A DNA stretch of 64,000 nucleotides from positions 70,556,001-70,620,000 of the forward strand of contig NC_042999.1 in the NCBI RefSeq assembly GCF_006345805.1. Direction: 5' to 3'. The DNA comes from Octopus sinensis (Eukaryota). Both the position numbers and the translations under genes were made by a program. Position 1 is the first letter of the stretch. Each line of letters starts with the position of its first letter. Below, piece after piece: positions 1 to 11,794 of the stretch. The notes under the pieces are model-generated. The model made no database searches. It was not told the DNA's origin and worked only from the letters and a program-made list of their open reading frames with translations.

Positions 1-540
1 TGCAAGTTAGTTCAAACTCAATGAGCAACCTCATAATAGCTAAGAAATCCTACTCAAACATAATAAGCTGTCACTCTCACACACTTGCTAGTTGTCTTCC
101 TTTTTCCTTAGTATTCATATCAGAAAGTGCAACTCACTTGCAGAGGCACATAGGCTGTTTGAGAGAATCTTCCAAGAAGATTGCTGTTTATAAAAATTTT
201 TTGGATATGTTTGTCTTCCATCTATTGATTGTGTCCAAGACACTACAGATTAAGATGTAAGTTGAAAAAAGGTGGATTGAACCATAAATGTTTTTACTAT
301 GGCAAAATAATTCAGCATATTTAGCAGAGCTCAGAGAGATTACTGGGTCACTGACACTCCTATTGTCTAATATGCCTTTTTTTTTCCCCTGAAAGCAAAA
401 CTTTTCCTTGTTTTGTGTGAAGATGGTAGCCAGGATAATTTTTTTACCATATTGATCATCCTTATCACATGATAGTTTTTCTAGGCATACCAACTCATAT
501 TGTTTTTTTTTCAGATTGCACATGCGTTGAATAGTCCAAA
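1..540 (-). mobile_element. Highly decayed RTE-like LINE, 3' part of ORF
   Basis: The minus strand gives broken LGH..MEDK..PKK-like C-terminal RTE motifs with frameshifts and stops. Confidence 0.35.
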
Positions 541-1689
541 GCTAACCCTGTATATATATGTACATACATATATATACATATACACACACGTGTGTGTGTG
601 TTAAATATAATAGGCAGCCTTCGGTTTCCATCTACCAAATCCACACACAAGGATTTGGTTAGCCAAGGGCTATAGTAGAAAACAATTACCAAGGCAGCAT
701 GCAGTGTGATTGAACCCAAGACCACATGGTTGGGAAGCAAGTTTCTTTACCCACACAGCATGATATATATAGTGCCACATAAAAAGCAACAAGTACACCA
801 TGTAAAGTAGTTGGTGTTTGGAAGGACATCTAGCCATAGAAATCATGCCAAAACAAACAACAGAACCTGGTGCTTGCCAGCTGTTTGTCAAACCATCCAA
901 CTCATGCCAACATGGAAGATGGACATTAAAACATTAAATGATGATGATGATGTATATTCATGTTTTGTGTCTGCTAGTTTTGTTTTTTAAATTATTTTAT
1001 GTGTACAATGTGAAAATGGTTGACCTGCACCTTTCTGATATGACCAATATAATGCATAAGTGTGCTAGATCTTGCATGAATCAAATTACTTATAGCGTGA
1101 ATCACATAGAAATAATCTCGTTGTCTTAACTGAATTTCACCTTTACAAAAAATGTTTCTATCAGCATGAAGAATATTGGGATCTTTGTGGTCTTCATCAC
1201 TGTTTACAATTCTGTTCCAAATGTTTTCAAATTTGGTAACTGGATTAAGTTTTGTATACTAATTATGAAAATGAAAATCATTTTTTCTATAAATTCATAA
1301 TTAAAAAGTTATTAGCCTTTAAAATTTGCAAAATTTGGGTATTTTAGCCAATTGGAAGTATTTTACATATTACCATGGCAAAAAATTGTTTCCATAGTAA
1401 CCAAAGATGCTGTGCATGTACAGGAGGAGAAGGAGATATGAGGAAGATAATGTATTTTATAAAATCCTAGAGTGTATAGCAGACTTTTGTTCTTGAATTT
1501 TTTAAACTAATAAATGTCTGTTTTAAGCAATGTTTGACTGTTATTTCTAGTAACTCCTGTTGGTTTGTTTGTTCATAGCTTTTAAATATTTAATTTGCTC
1601 GCAAATGTTTTAATGTTAACTTTGCTTGTGTATATTTCAATGTTTTGACTGTTATTTCTAGCAATGTTTTGACATTGCTGTGTTACCTT

Positions 1690-3110
1690 GGAGGTCAGGT
1701 CTTCTTTCAGCATTGTGCCAATGTCATGGTCATTTTTCATCTCTTCTGAGTGGGTCATCATCTTAAGAGAAGTTTAAGTTTTTACTATGTTGCCATATGT
1801 CTCCCTGAGTTTCTTACTTCTAGTTCCATTAACCATGAGTGCATGACATTTCTACAATTTTAATCACTAACACAATCTTCCCTTTGGTGCACAACTGATT
1901 TCTCTGACATTATTTTTTTTTCTCTAAGCTCGTTTGTACTCCATCATTTGTACACACTAATATTACACATTAAGTGGAACATCATTGTTCACTTCATTTC
2001 GTTCTAGTCTTCACCAATACTCTGTATTCAAGGCCCATGTTTCACTATTGTGCAATATTACACTTTGCATACAAACATTATAGTCTGCCTTGATTCTGAA
2101 AGAGAAACTTTGTTACTAGCAGAAGTAAAAGCTCCCTGATTTTCTCAATTTCCATTCTTACTCTGGCTATTATGGTTTTGAAACAACTCCCTCCACTGTT
2201 ACATAGGTCACCTAGGTAACATATACTATCAGCTACTTCTTGAGAGCCACCTAGGTATTAGAGATCATCTATTACAAGGGTGCTTTTAGTGCTTACTATA
2301 ACTATGTATATGAATTTCATCTCCCTTATTAGCCTACCTGCGATTCCATTATAATTTGTGTATCAATAGGTTACACTAGTAACATTATATAGAATTTCTA
2401 TCTATTCCTTTTCTGCTTTATTGAACAGGGTTGTTTCCTTGCTGATAGCAGGATCCTGTGTCATTCCCTACTAATTAAAACTTTCATCTTTGCTAAATTT
2501 ACTTTAAAGCCTCTTGATTCTAGATTCTGATACCAAGTCTTGAATTCTCTAAACTCTAAGCAAATTCAGCTATAATTAGTTTTCTGAATACAAGACTTTC
2601 CATGGACAGTCAGTTTTAAACTCCTCTATTGAGGCCTAGAGGTCTATATTAAACATGAAGAGGCTGAAGGCTGAGCCCTGATTGATCCCTATTTACATGC
2701 TAAATTCATTGCTGACTCTCACCTATGTTTTTGTGCATGGCTTGAACAGCCCTCATAAGCCATTTGTTTCGCCTTGTTTTTTTAATGATCATCAGACTAC
2801 ATAGAAATTGGTCAAACACCTTCTTCAAACAAACAAGGTATAGAGGCTTATTCCTTGCTAAGGTCTTCTGCAGTTGCTCACTAGAAAGATTACACCAGTC
2901 ACACCTCTTCCAGATCCAAAGCTGAACTGTATCACATCTAAGCTAGTTTTTTCTCAATCAATCTGGCTACTACTCTTTTCTGTAACTTTATTAACCTTGT
3001 GCAATAATTAAATGCCTTTACAATTTCTCTCTCAAGTGTATCATCTTTGCACTTGTAACAGTTGATACTAATGCTGCTATGCCAGTCAGTGGGTCCAACA
3101 CCTTCCTGTA
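1690..3110 (-). mobile_element. Decayed RTE-clade LINE reverse transcriptase fragment
   Basis: Reverse complement matches the RT copies at 11795 and 26560 (IAQL..EKTSLDVIQFSF, EKVFDQF, LLY..ETWALNTE-like segments); many stops. Confidence 0.8.
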
Positions 3111-3388
3111 GTATCAGATTAAACTATTCAAAAGACTAGCCTGTGCTTGACTCCATGTTGACCAAGAAAGAGAAAGGCAGGACTGATAGATTTTGGTACC
3201 GGTGTTGCTACGGGGGAACACAAAATGTAAAGAATTGAAATTGATTCTGCAAGGTATTTCGTAGGACGTTCTAGCAATTCCGCCAATCCACTGTCAGGCA
3301 TGGGTACTTTATTTATCGATCCGAAAGAGCGGCAAAAGTGATTTCGGCAGGATTTGAAATCAGAGCTTTCTAACGACTGCCAATACAC

Positions 3389-3487
3389 CTTATCGTGGAT
3401 CATCCGTCGACTCAAGGGCGTGATGTTGAGAAGGTGCTTGTGTCTGCTCGCGACTATATGGGCACCTAAAACTGCTAAAGAAAGCAT
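3389..3487 (-). CDS. Possible first exon of a divergently transcribed gene (MLSLAVLGAHIVASRHKHLLNITPLSRRMIHDK)
   Basis: GCACCATG context, 33 codons, AAG|GTGTAT weak donor. CpG-rich unique sequence; the peptide resembles a mitochondrial presequence. No homology recognised. Confidence 0.25.
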
Positions 3488-3815
3488 GGTGCATGTTGAT
3501 ACTAAGTCAAACTCGATAGCAATAGCCGTACTTATATGAATACATACATAGATAATACGCAATTCATATGTACTTTTATATGTGTAACACGAAGATATAT
3601 TTTTTTAAAATCTTTTATTGTAACCACAAAATAACATCAAATTACAATGCTATAAACAAATAAAACGGTCTAAAACATCTATGGTCAAAGGGTCCGTGAC
3701 AAATTATCAAAACTGGCGACTGTGGACAAAGAAAGTGTTTCTTATAACTTAATCAACAAAATATTTAATAAAGAGAAAATTCTCACATGAGAATATGTGT
3801 GTATATATATGTATG

Positions 3816-3870
<55 letters not shown>

Positions 3871-4334
3871 ATAATGTCTCTGTTTGTATGTTATCTGAAC
3901 ATATTCAACCACATAAATGTTTATATATTAAACATTTCCAGTGTCCTATTACAGGCAATTTTATTCATAACAAATGCCATAAATATAAGTTTTACACAAA
4001 TTTTTTATAATACCTCACTAAAATAACATTTTACTAATAAAATATATAAAGCATATTCATATTTAAAGATTTCAAATGAAAGTGTACCAACTGTAAAAAA
4101 AAAACTGAAGAGAAATATGCGTGTAAGCAAATTTCTGTCTAGTCAGTTTTTAACAGAAGGAACAATGTGTAGTAGTTTACCGGCTATGTTACACGTTGGA
4201 GCGGCTGCTAACTGGTCTGTCACTCTCTCAGAAGCGGCTCTCGCAAACAGCCTTATCTGTTGATAAAAATCACAGAAACGAAACTACACAATATCTTTTT
4301 CCATCTTAAGTAAAGTCATTTCTACACATTCGGA

Positions 4335-4406
4335 ATGAGTAAAACGAAAAAGAAGACGCAGAATAACAACGAACAGCCGAAACATGCTAAAAAGTCCGGA
4401 GTAATG
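4335..4406 (+). pseudogene. Upstream duplicate of exon 1, one base shorter (phase 0, out of frame with exon 2)
   Basis: Same as 5299-5371 except GGAGTAATG|GTAAAT instead of GGAGTAAATG|GTAAAT; 72 nt. Could be an assembly artefact. Confidence 0.5.
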
Positions 4407-4765
4407 GTAAATATTTTCCTAACGCACCTAGAGAAAAAAAAAGTAAAAAAAAAAACTATTCGCTTAAGTGACACGTCAGTTAAAGTGTTCTCTCAAGTAA
4501 TGGCACCCTAGTTTCTTGCTTGCCTCCCTTACAATAATTATACATAATCTACTGTTTATGTGTATATACATAGAATATTTTTTTGATATTGATATATAAA
4601 TATATTTATATATATCTCATCTATATATCTATATATATATATATACATACAAACATACACGTGTTTCATATAAATATATATGTATATATATGTACATACA
4701 AATGTATGTATATGCATATATATATATATGATATATACACATATTGGTATGTATATGTATATATA

Positions 4766-4835
<70 letters not shown>

Positions 4836-5114
4836 ATAATGTCTCTGTTTGTATGTTATCTGAACATATTCAACCACATAAATGTTTATATATTAAACAT
4901 TTCCAGTGTCCTATTACAGGCAATTTTATTCATAACAAATGCCATAAATATAAGTTTTACACAAATTTTTTATAATACCTCACTAAAATAACATTTTACT
5001 AATAAAATATATAAAGCATATTCATATTTAAAGATTTCAAATGAAAGTGTACCAACTGTAAAAAAAAAACTGAAGAGAAATATGCGTGTAAGCAAATTTC
5101 TGTCTAGTCAGTTT

Positions 5115-5298
5115 TTAACAGAAGGACAATGTGTAGTAGTTTACCGGCTATGTTACACGTTGGAGCGGCTGCTAACTGGTCTGTCACTCTCTCAGAAGCG
5201 GCTCTCGCAAACAGCCTTATCTGTTGATAAAAATCACAGAAACGAAACTACACAATATCTTTTTCCATCTTAAGTAAAGTCATTTCTACACATTCGGA
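5115..5298 (+). promoter_or_regulatory. Probable promoter/5'UTR of the ASPH-like gene (second copy at ~4150-4334)
   Basis: Non-repetitive, CpG-containing stretch (CCGGCTATGTTACACGTTGGAGCGGC...GCGGCTCTCGC) just upstream of the candidate ATG, in an otherwise CpG-poor window. No TATA box identified. Confidence 0.4.
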
Positions 5299-5371
5299 AT
5301 GAGTAAAACGAAAAAGAAGACGCAGAATAACAACGAACAGCCGAAACATGCTAAAAAGTCCGGAGTAAATG
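5299..5371 (+). CDS. ASPH: Putative first coding exon of ASPH-like gene (MSKTKKKTQNNNEQPKHAKKSGVN + G)
   Basis: ATG at 5299 in a CpG-retaining region. 73 nt to a G|GTAAAT donor (phase 1), matching the phase-1 acceptor at 47630 (G|AA = E). The short basic cytosolic start fits a type II ER protein. The link across 42 kb is inferred from phase and composition, not from transcripts. Confidence 0.6.
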
Positions 5372-5715
5372 GTAAATATTTTCCTAACGCACCTAGAGAA
5401 AAAAAAAGTAAAAAAAAAAACTATTCGCTTAAGTGACACGTCAGTTAAAGTGTTCTCTCAAGTAATGGCACCCTAGTTTCTTGCTTGCCTCCCTTACAAT
5501 AATTATACATAATCTACTGTTTATGTGTATATACATAGAATATTTTTTTGATATTGATATATAAATATATTATATATATCTCATCTATATATCTATATAT
5601 ATATATATACATACAAACATACACGTGTTTCATATAAATATATATGTATATATATGTACATACAAATGTATGTATATGCATATATATATATATGATATAT
5701 ACACATATTGGTATG

Positions 5716-5770
<55 letters not shown>

Positions 5771-7483
5771 ATGTATATAATATTTACACACACATCTATC
5801 TATCTATCTATACTTACACACGTGTAACACGTACATAATACATACATGTGTAATACATACACGTGTGTCATTTAAACCCGGTTTCTATGTTTCCTTGTCT
5901 ATCTTGTATTCAGTATTTTATTACATTGTACATCCACTAATGTTATGTTTCTTGTGTGCCCTTGGAGCAATTAAATCATAACTGGTACTTGCAGATTAAT
6001 TTATTTTTACCATCGTTATTTCATTACATTATCTGTCTATCCTATTCAACTAATACTCAACCTTTTTTTTTAATTATCCAAATATATACACACATATATA
6101 TAACTTTAAATCGAAGTAGTTGTAGATATGAGCTTTTTTCTGATGTTGCTAACATAAAATTGTTTCTATACGCAACAGATTATCGGCAACTGCCGGCATT
6201 CAGTTTAAGCCCAGTTACAATTTTTAAATTCCTATAAAGGCCGATCTGTTGCCTTCGTTATACCGATTAAGATATGTATAAATGTTTTTCAAGTTTTCTC
6301 CAGGATAACACGAAATTAAATTGATAACAAGGCATGTTTGTACGTTCTAATTTCAAGCCTTTTTGTGTGTCCCCCTCTCTTATTTTCATTAACTGCTCAT
6401 AATTAGTGTTGTTGTCAATCAGCTGTAACAAAGGTTGTTTATCAACTTTCATCTGATTACTTCGTGTTTCATCTCAAAAATGAAAATGTAAAATAAAACA
6501 ATTGCATTAGATGGTTTAACTTTGAAATAATTTAATATTCATAAAAATTCGGAACTTTTTAAAGTGGAAATCCAAACTTATGATTTTTTTAAATCTAATT
6601 TTTAGCGTCAAACAGAATTTGGTTGTTGGATAATGTATTCGCTACAAATTAAGTAAAAGTAGGCCAGACAGGCGACTGCACTTTTCTCTTGGGTTGTGTT
6701 TTTATGATTTAGTGAAAGTAGGAAGGGCGGAGCCCATGACCTTTGCAGGATCTCCGAGACAGGTTGTGTAAAGGAAAAAGAAACCACAACTCATGGTTTG
6801 CTGCTAACCATGATCTTTGTCAGTAATCCAACTGGGAGTCCGTGGCCACGCCTGGGTCTGTCAGCAAATAAGGCAGCTTCTCGGAATTCTGTTGTGTCGG
6901 GTGATGAATACCCCTTGGAGAGGTACTTCAGACTGTACCCTCTCGCAAAGAGACACTACATGATTAAATAGGCTATAGGAAGCAGCGCATGAGGATACCT
7001 CGTTATCCTTAGGCCAGAGATCTAGTCCAAATACTTTGTAACACAGAACTCGGCCAAAAGTACTCTTAGGATCAGATGGCGGTGTTAAATGGGACGACGA
7101 AATATATGCTCGTTATTCGCTCTATGATTTACTTCTTTTATTTAGTATTTCACTCTAAACTAAGATGATGTTAATAATGAAGACAATGGCTACGATAAAG
7201 ATGATATTTTTATCCTTATAACCCACGAATAATATGAAGGCACGTCACTCAAACACCGGTATGACTGGGCTTCCTTACAGAAGGAGAGAACAATTTAGAA
7301 CGAGTAACCCATTTAAAAAAGATTTTTTTTTTGCTCTTTCGATCTTCGTGAATGAATGTTTTGCACAGTAAATTAACCTGAAAACTCAATAATGAATATA
7401 GTTTTCAGGTTATATAACATAACGTGAAAGTTATCAGTCATTATTGATATATTTAACATCGCTGTGTATGTTTAGAATTAAAT

Positions 7484-7490
7484 AGTTTTG

Positions 7491-7529
<39 letters not shown>

Positions 7530-7820
7530 CGTGCGTATATATAAAAATGTGTGTGTGTGTGTGTGCGTGCGTATATATAAAAATGTGTGTGTGTGTGTGT
7601 GTGTGCGTGCGTATATATAAAAATGTGTGTAGGTATGTATGTATATATGTGTGTAGGTATGTATGTATATATGTGTGTGTGCGTATATATAAAAATGTGT
7701 GTAGGTATGTATGTATATATGTGTGTGTGCGTATATATAAAAATGTGTGTAGGTATGTATGTATATATATGTGTGTGTGCGTATATATAAAAATGTGTGT
7801 AGGTATGTGTATATATATAT
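7484..7820. repeat. Compound minisatellite built from GTGCGTATATATAAAAATGTGTGT and AGGTATGTATGTATATAT units
   Basis: Six copies of GCGTATATATAAAAATGTGTGT with variable (TG)n and GTAT inserts. Confidence 0.9.
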
Positions 7821-7855
7821 GGAATTTGTGTGAATGTGTATAGAATAATATATTA

Positions 7856-7956
7856 GTTGAATAAAGTTAAAACATATTCTGGTTTTCACGTTTTTCTATG
7901 GTATTTTATACCATAATGGAAAACGTGAAAACCAGACTGTTTTAACTTTATTCAAC
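7856..7956. repeat. 101 nt imperfect hairpin
   Basis: 19 bp + 16 bp + 8 bp stacked stems: GTTGAATAAAGTTAAAACA, CTGGTTTTCACGTTTT and TATGGTAT, each with its complement. Confidence 0.85.
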
Positions 7957-10900
7957 CAACACACATATATACATGCATAAACCGGTCTTACCCAACTTTA
8001 ATATAGATATATATATGTATGTGTATATGTGTGTGTGTGTGTGTGTGTGGGGAGGTATCTAAAATATAAAGAGTAAAGTCCTACTAGAATTCTTAAGTTT
8101 ATGTATGTCTGCGAAAAGAGCAAATCCAGGTTTCACCATTCCGTAGCTGACACACACAGATATGTGTATGTCAATTGTTTTAACTATTTAGATGAATTAT
8201 AAGACACTAGAATAACGATGAAATTTTTCACATATTGTGTTATTTTCGGTAATGTAACGGACTTTCTCTTATAATATGCACTTCAAGGTTCACTTACGTT
8301 ACAATGTCCTTCAGAAAAGGCATACACGTCACACAATCTCGTGTCCCCATTCCTCACACTTCTAAAGTCTTATGCCTATGTTAAAGATTAGTATTTCTAT
8401 AAAACTTTTTCGTAAATGGAAACTTTCGCTTTTTTTTCTTTACATTAAATATAGAATCAATTTACCTTTAATATTGTTAGCTTTATTCTTTCCTAATTTC
8501 TGAAAATTCTTTGTTTAATCGAAATCATATGATTCTAGCAAATATCTCGTTGGATAGATCGAATGGGAAAGCACCCTCTAACTATAACCCTTACACATAT
8601 AGAACATGTCATGATGGGAGAGTATTTTAATAACCATTTTATTATAATATATTTTTACTTTGCTGTTTCAGCAGAAAATATTTCTCCCTCATTCTTGTAA
8701 CGCTGTTTCTTTCACACGTGTGTTGAGATTAAACTGTCGTTGTTGGAGACTTTCGAAATACTTGTCTTGTGCGTCTGAAAAAGAGTGCGAGAGATGTGTT
8801 TGGGGTGGGCGACAAAAGTTCATATGGATATCATTTACCATTCGTAGGAATTGAGCTTATTCTCTCTCTCTCTCTCTGTCGTTACAATATCATGTATAAG
8901 ATATTTTCATACAAACAGCAATCTTAAGATTAATTTAAAAGCTGGATTTAGCCTGAATACTGGAAAATTGTCTTTTGTTTCTGTTTATTTTTTCTCTTCA
9001 AATATTAATGAAAGCTAACGTATATAATATTTATATGAATAAAAGATGTGAAGAAGAGGCTGAAATAGGGGACAGTATTATTTTATAATTGTGGTTGAGA
9101 GACGAAAATAAACATTTCTATATTTCTATTGGTAGATATATCGGAAGGGCGAGCATCGAAATTTGCTGGATAGATAGAAATAAACCAACAGCTGTAAAAA
9201 GAAATGGTTAAGTAGCGAACTCTTCAGGTGTAAAAGTAGAAATACTAAAGGTGACTTGTTGGTTAGTAATAGAATTATTACAAATTAGTGGATGTATTCT
9301 TGTCAATTTATCCGTTTTGCGATATCAAGGTGACAAACGACTTTTGATGATATTCATAACAAACACAGTTCTTGTTAAGGAATTTTCATGGTAGAATACA
9401 AAGGAAGTTTCCTTTGCCATCCAGATATGTATTACAAGACACCAACTTGTCAGAGATACAGACAAGTTTACATTTACCTGAGCACTCAAATCATAAAGAA
9501 CCAGGTAAAATACAGCAAAGCATTTTATTCAATGCTGTAAGAAATCCACCAATTGTTACATTATCTTATCAAACCTTGAAGAATAAGAATGCTGACTTTG
9601 GTGGGATTTGAACTCAGAATGTAAAGAACCAATATTGTAAGGTATTAGCTTATGGGTTCAGTCCCACTGTGTGAAATCTTGGGCAAGTATCTTCTATTAT
9701 AGCCCTGAGCCGATCAAAGTCTTTTGAGTGGATTTGGTAGATAGAAAATGAAAGAAGCTTGTTAAGTATATGTACATTGTGTGTGTGTGTATATATATAT
9801 ATATATAGGTGCAGGAGTGGCTATGTGATATGAAGATTGCATTCCAACCAAATGGTTCCAGGTTCAGTCCCATTGTGTGACACCTGGGCAAGTGTCTTCT
9901 GCTATAACCTCAGGCCAACCAAAGCCTTGTAAGTGGTTTTGGCAGAAAGTAACTGAAAGAAGCCCATCGTGTATATATATATATATATATATGTAGGTGC
10001 AGGAGTGACATTTTACATATATATATGTAGGTATTTGTGTGTCTGTGTTTGTCTCCACCACCATTACTTGACAACCGATGCTGGCGTGTCTATGTCCCCG
10101 TAACTTAGCAGTTTGACAGAAGAGACCGACAGAATAAGTACTTGGCTTACAAAGAATAAGTCCTGGGGTTGATTTGTTCGACTAAAGACAGTGCTCCAGC
10201 AAATAAAAGAATATATACAGATATATGTTTGTGAGGATGAGTGTGTGTTTGTGTCTCCTTGTCATTATATCATGTGACTGCTTTAAATGAGTAGCATTCA
10301 TTTCCAAGTTTCTGTAAAAACCTGTCTGACCATGGAGAAATATTACTTGAAAACAGGTGAGGGTTGGCTACTGGAAAGGCATCCAGTCATACAAAATTTG
10401 TCTCAAAAACAATGATACACACACGTGTGTATGTATGTATTTGAATCGTCGGATGACACACCGTGCTTGAAAAGACCTACTGAGTCAAGTATAATCAAAA
10501 TTAAAATCACAGTCAGAATCTCAATCAAATCGAAATCAAAATGGAAATTGTAGTTGTGGCCGATGCCAGTACCGCCTGACTGGCATCCGTGCTGGTGACA
10601 CACAATAAGCACCATTCATACGTGGGTCAATGCCAGTGCCGCCTGACTGGCTCCCCGTGCAGGTGACATGTAAAAAGCACCATTCGAACATGGTTGATGC
10701 CATATATATATATATATATATAATATATATAGAGAGAGAGAGAGAGAGAGAGGTGCAGGCATGGCTGTCTGGTAACAAGCTTCTCAAGTACATAGTTCTA
10801 GGTTCAGTTCCACTGGATAGCACCTTGAAAAAGTGTCTTCTACTATAGTCTTGGCCCAACCAAAGCTTTGAGAGTGGGTTTGGTAGAGAAAAACTGAAAG

Positions 10901-11050
10901 AAGACCATCATAGCTGTCTATCTATCTATCTATATATATATATATATATATAACGGGAAGCTTTATGAAAATAGACAAAAGACGAAGGCAGGTGGAAAAC
11001 AAACGAACAATTGTATTAGTATGGCGCTCAGGAAATATAAATAAAACAAG

Positions 11051-11088
11051 TCTTTAGCGTTTCGAGCCTACGCTCTTCAACAGAAAGA
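11051..11088 (-). ncRNA. Hammerhead-like motif with variant core, inside a dispersed repeat
   Basis: Minus strand TCTTT-CTGTTGA-A-GAGC-GTAG-GCTC-GAAACGCT-AAAGA. Stems I and II pair perfectly; A6 of the core is replaced by U. Confidence 0.4.
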
Positions 11089-11723
11089 TACACATATATA
11101 TATGTATGTATAAAAAGCACCATTCGATTGTGGCCGTTTGCCAGCCTCATCTGGCACCTGTGCAGGTGGCACGTAAAAAGCACCCACTGCACTCACGGAG
11201 TGGTTGGCATTAGGAAGGGCATCCAGCTGTTGAAACACTGCCAGATCAGACTGGGCCTGGCACAGCCTACTGGCTCCCCAGACCCCAGTTGAACCGTCCA
11301 ACCCATGCTAGCATGGAAAATGGACATTAAACGATGATGATGATGAATACATGTGTGTGTCTGTGTTTTTCCCTCACCAGTGCCTAACAACTGCTGTTGG
11401 TGTGTGTATGTCCCCATAATATGGCTGTTTGACAAAAGAGGCTGATAGAATAAGTACCAGGCTTTAAAATTAAAATATTGGGGTTGATTCATTTGACTAG
11501 AGATTCTTCAAGACAGTACCCCAGCATGGCCACAGTTTAATGTCCACTTTCCATGCCAGCATGGGTTAGACGATTTGACTGAGGTCTGGTGAACCAAATG
11601 GCTGCACCAGACTCCAATCTGATCTGTCAGAGTTTCTACAGCTGGATGCCTTTCCTAATGCTGTATATATATATATTTATTTTGCTGTTGTGACCCTACA
11701 TTGATAGTAGAGTCAACTCTTTC

Positions 11724-11758
<35 letters not shown>

Positions 11759-11794
11759 GCAGATGTTAAGCATTGATGATGGTGATGATATGTT

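Larger units (their letters stand above)
3866..5770. repeat. Tandem duplication, ~965 bp unit x2, bounded by (TA)n(TG)n microsatellites
   Basis: ATAATGTCTC at 3871 and 4836. The copies differ by only about three single-base indels that I could see, apart from microsatellite length. Confidence 0.95.

Noticed and set aside
6721-7060. RNase P or telomerase RNA identity for the structured island (GGATCTCCGAGAC and ACAGAACTCGGCC recall CR-I and CR-V)
   Set aside because: The CR-I-like segment deviates from the GGAARNUCNGNG consensus, no convincing P1-P3 was found, and there is no CUAACCCU template. Left unassigned pending a covariance-model search.
3787-7889. Many YIYI/VCVC/HTHT ORFs here and throughout the window
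   Set aside because: Translations of dinucleotide microsatellites.
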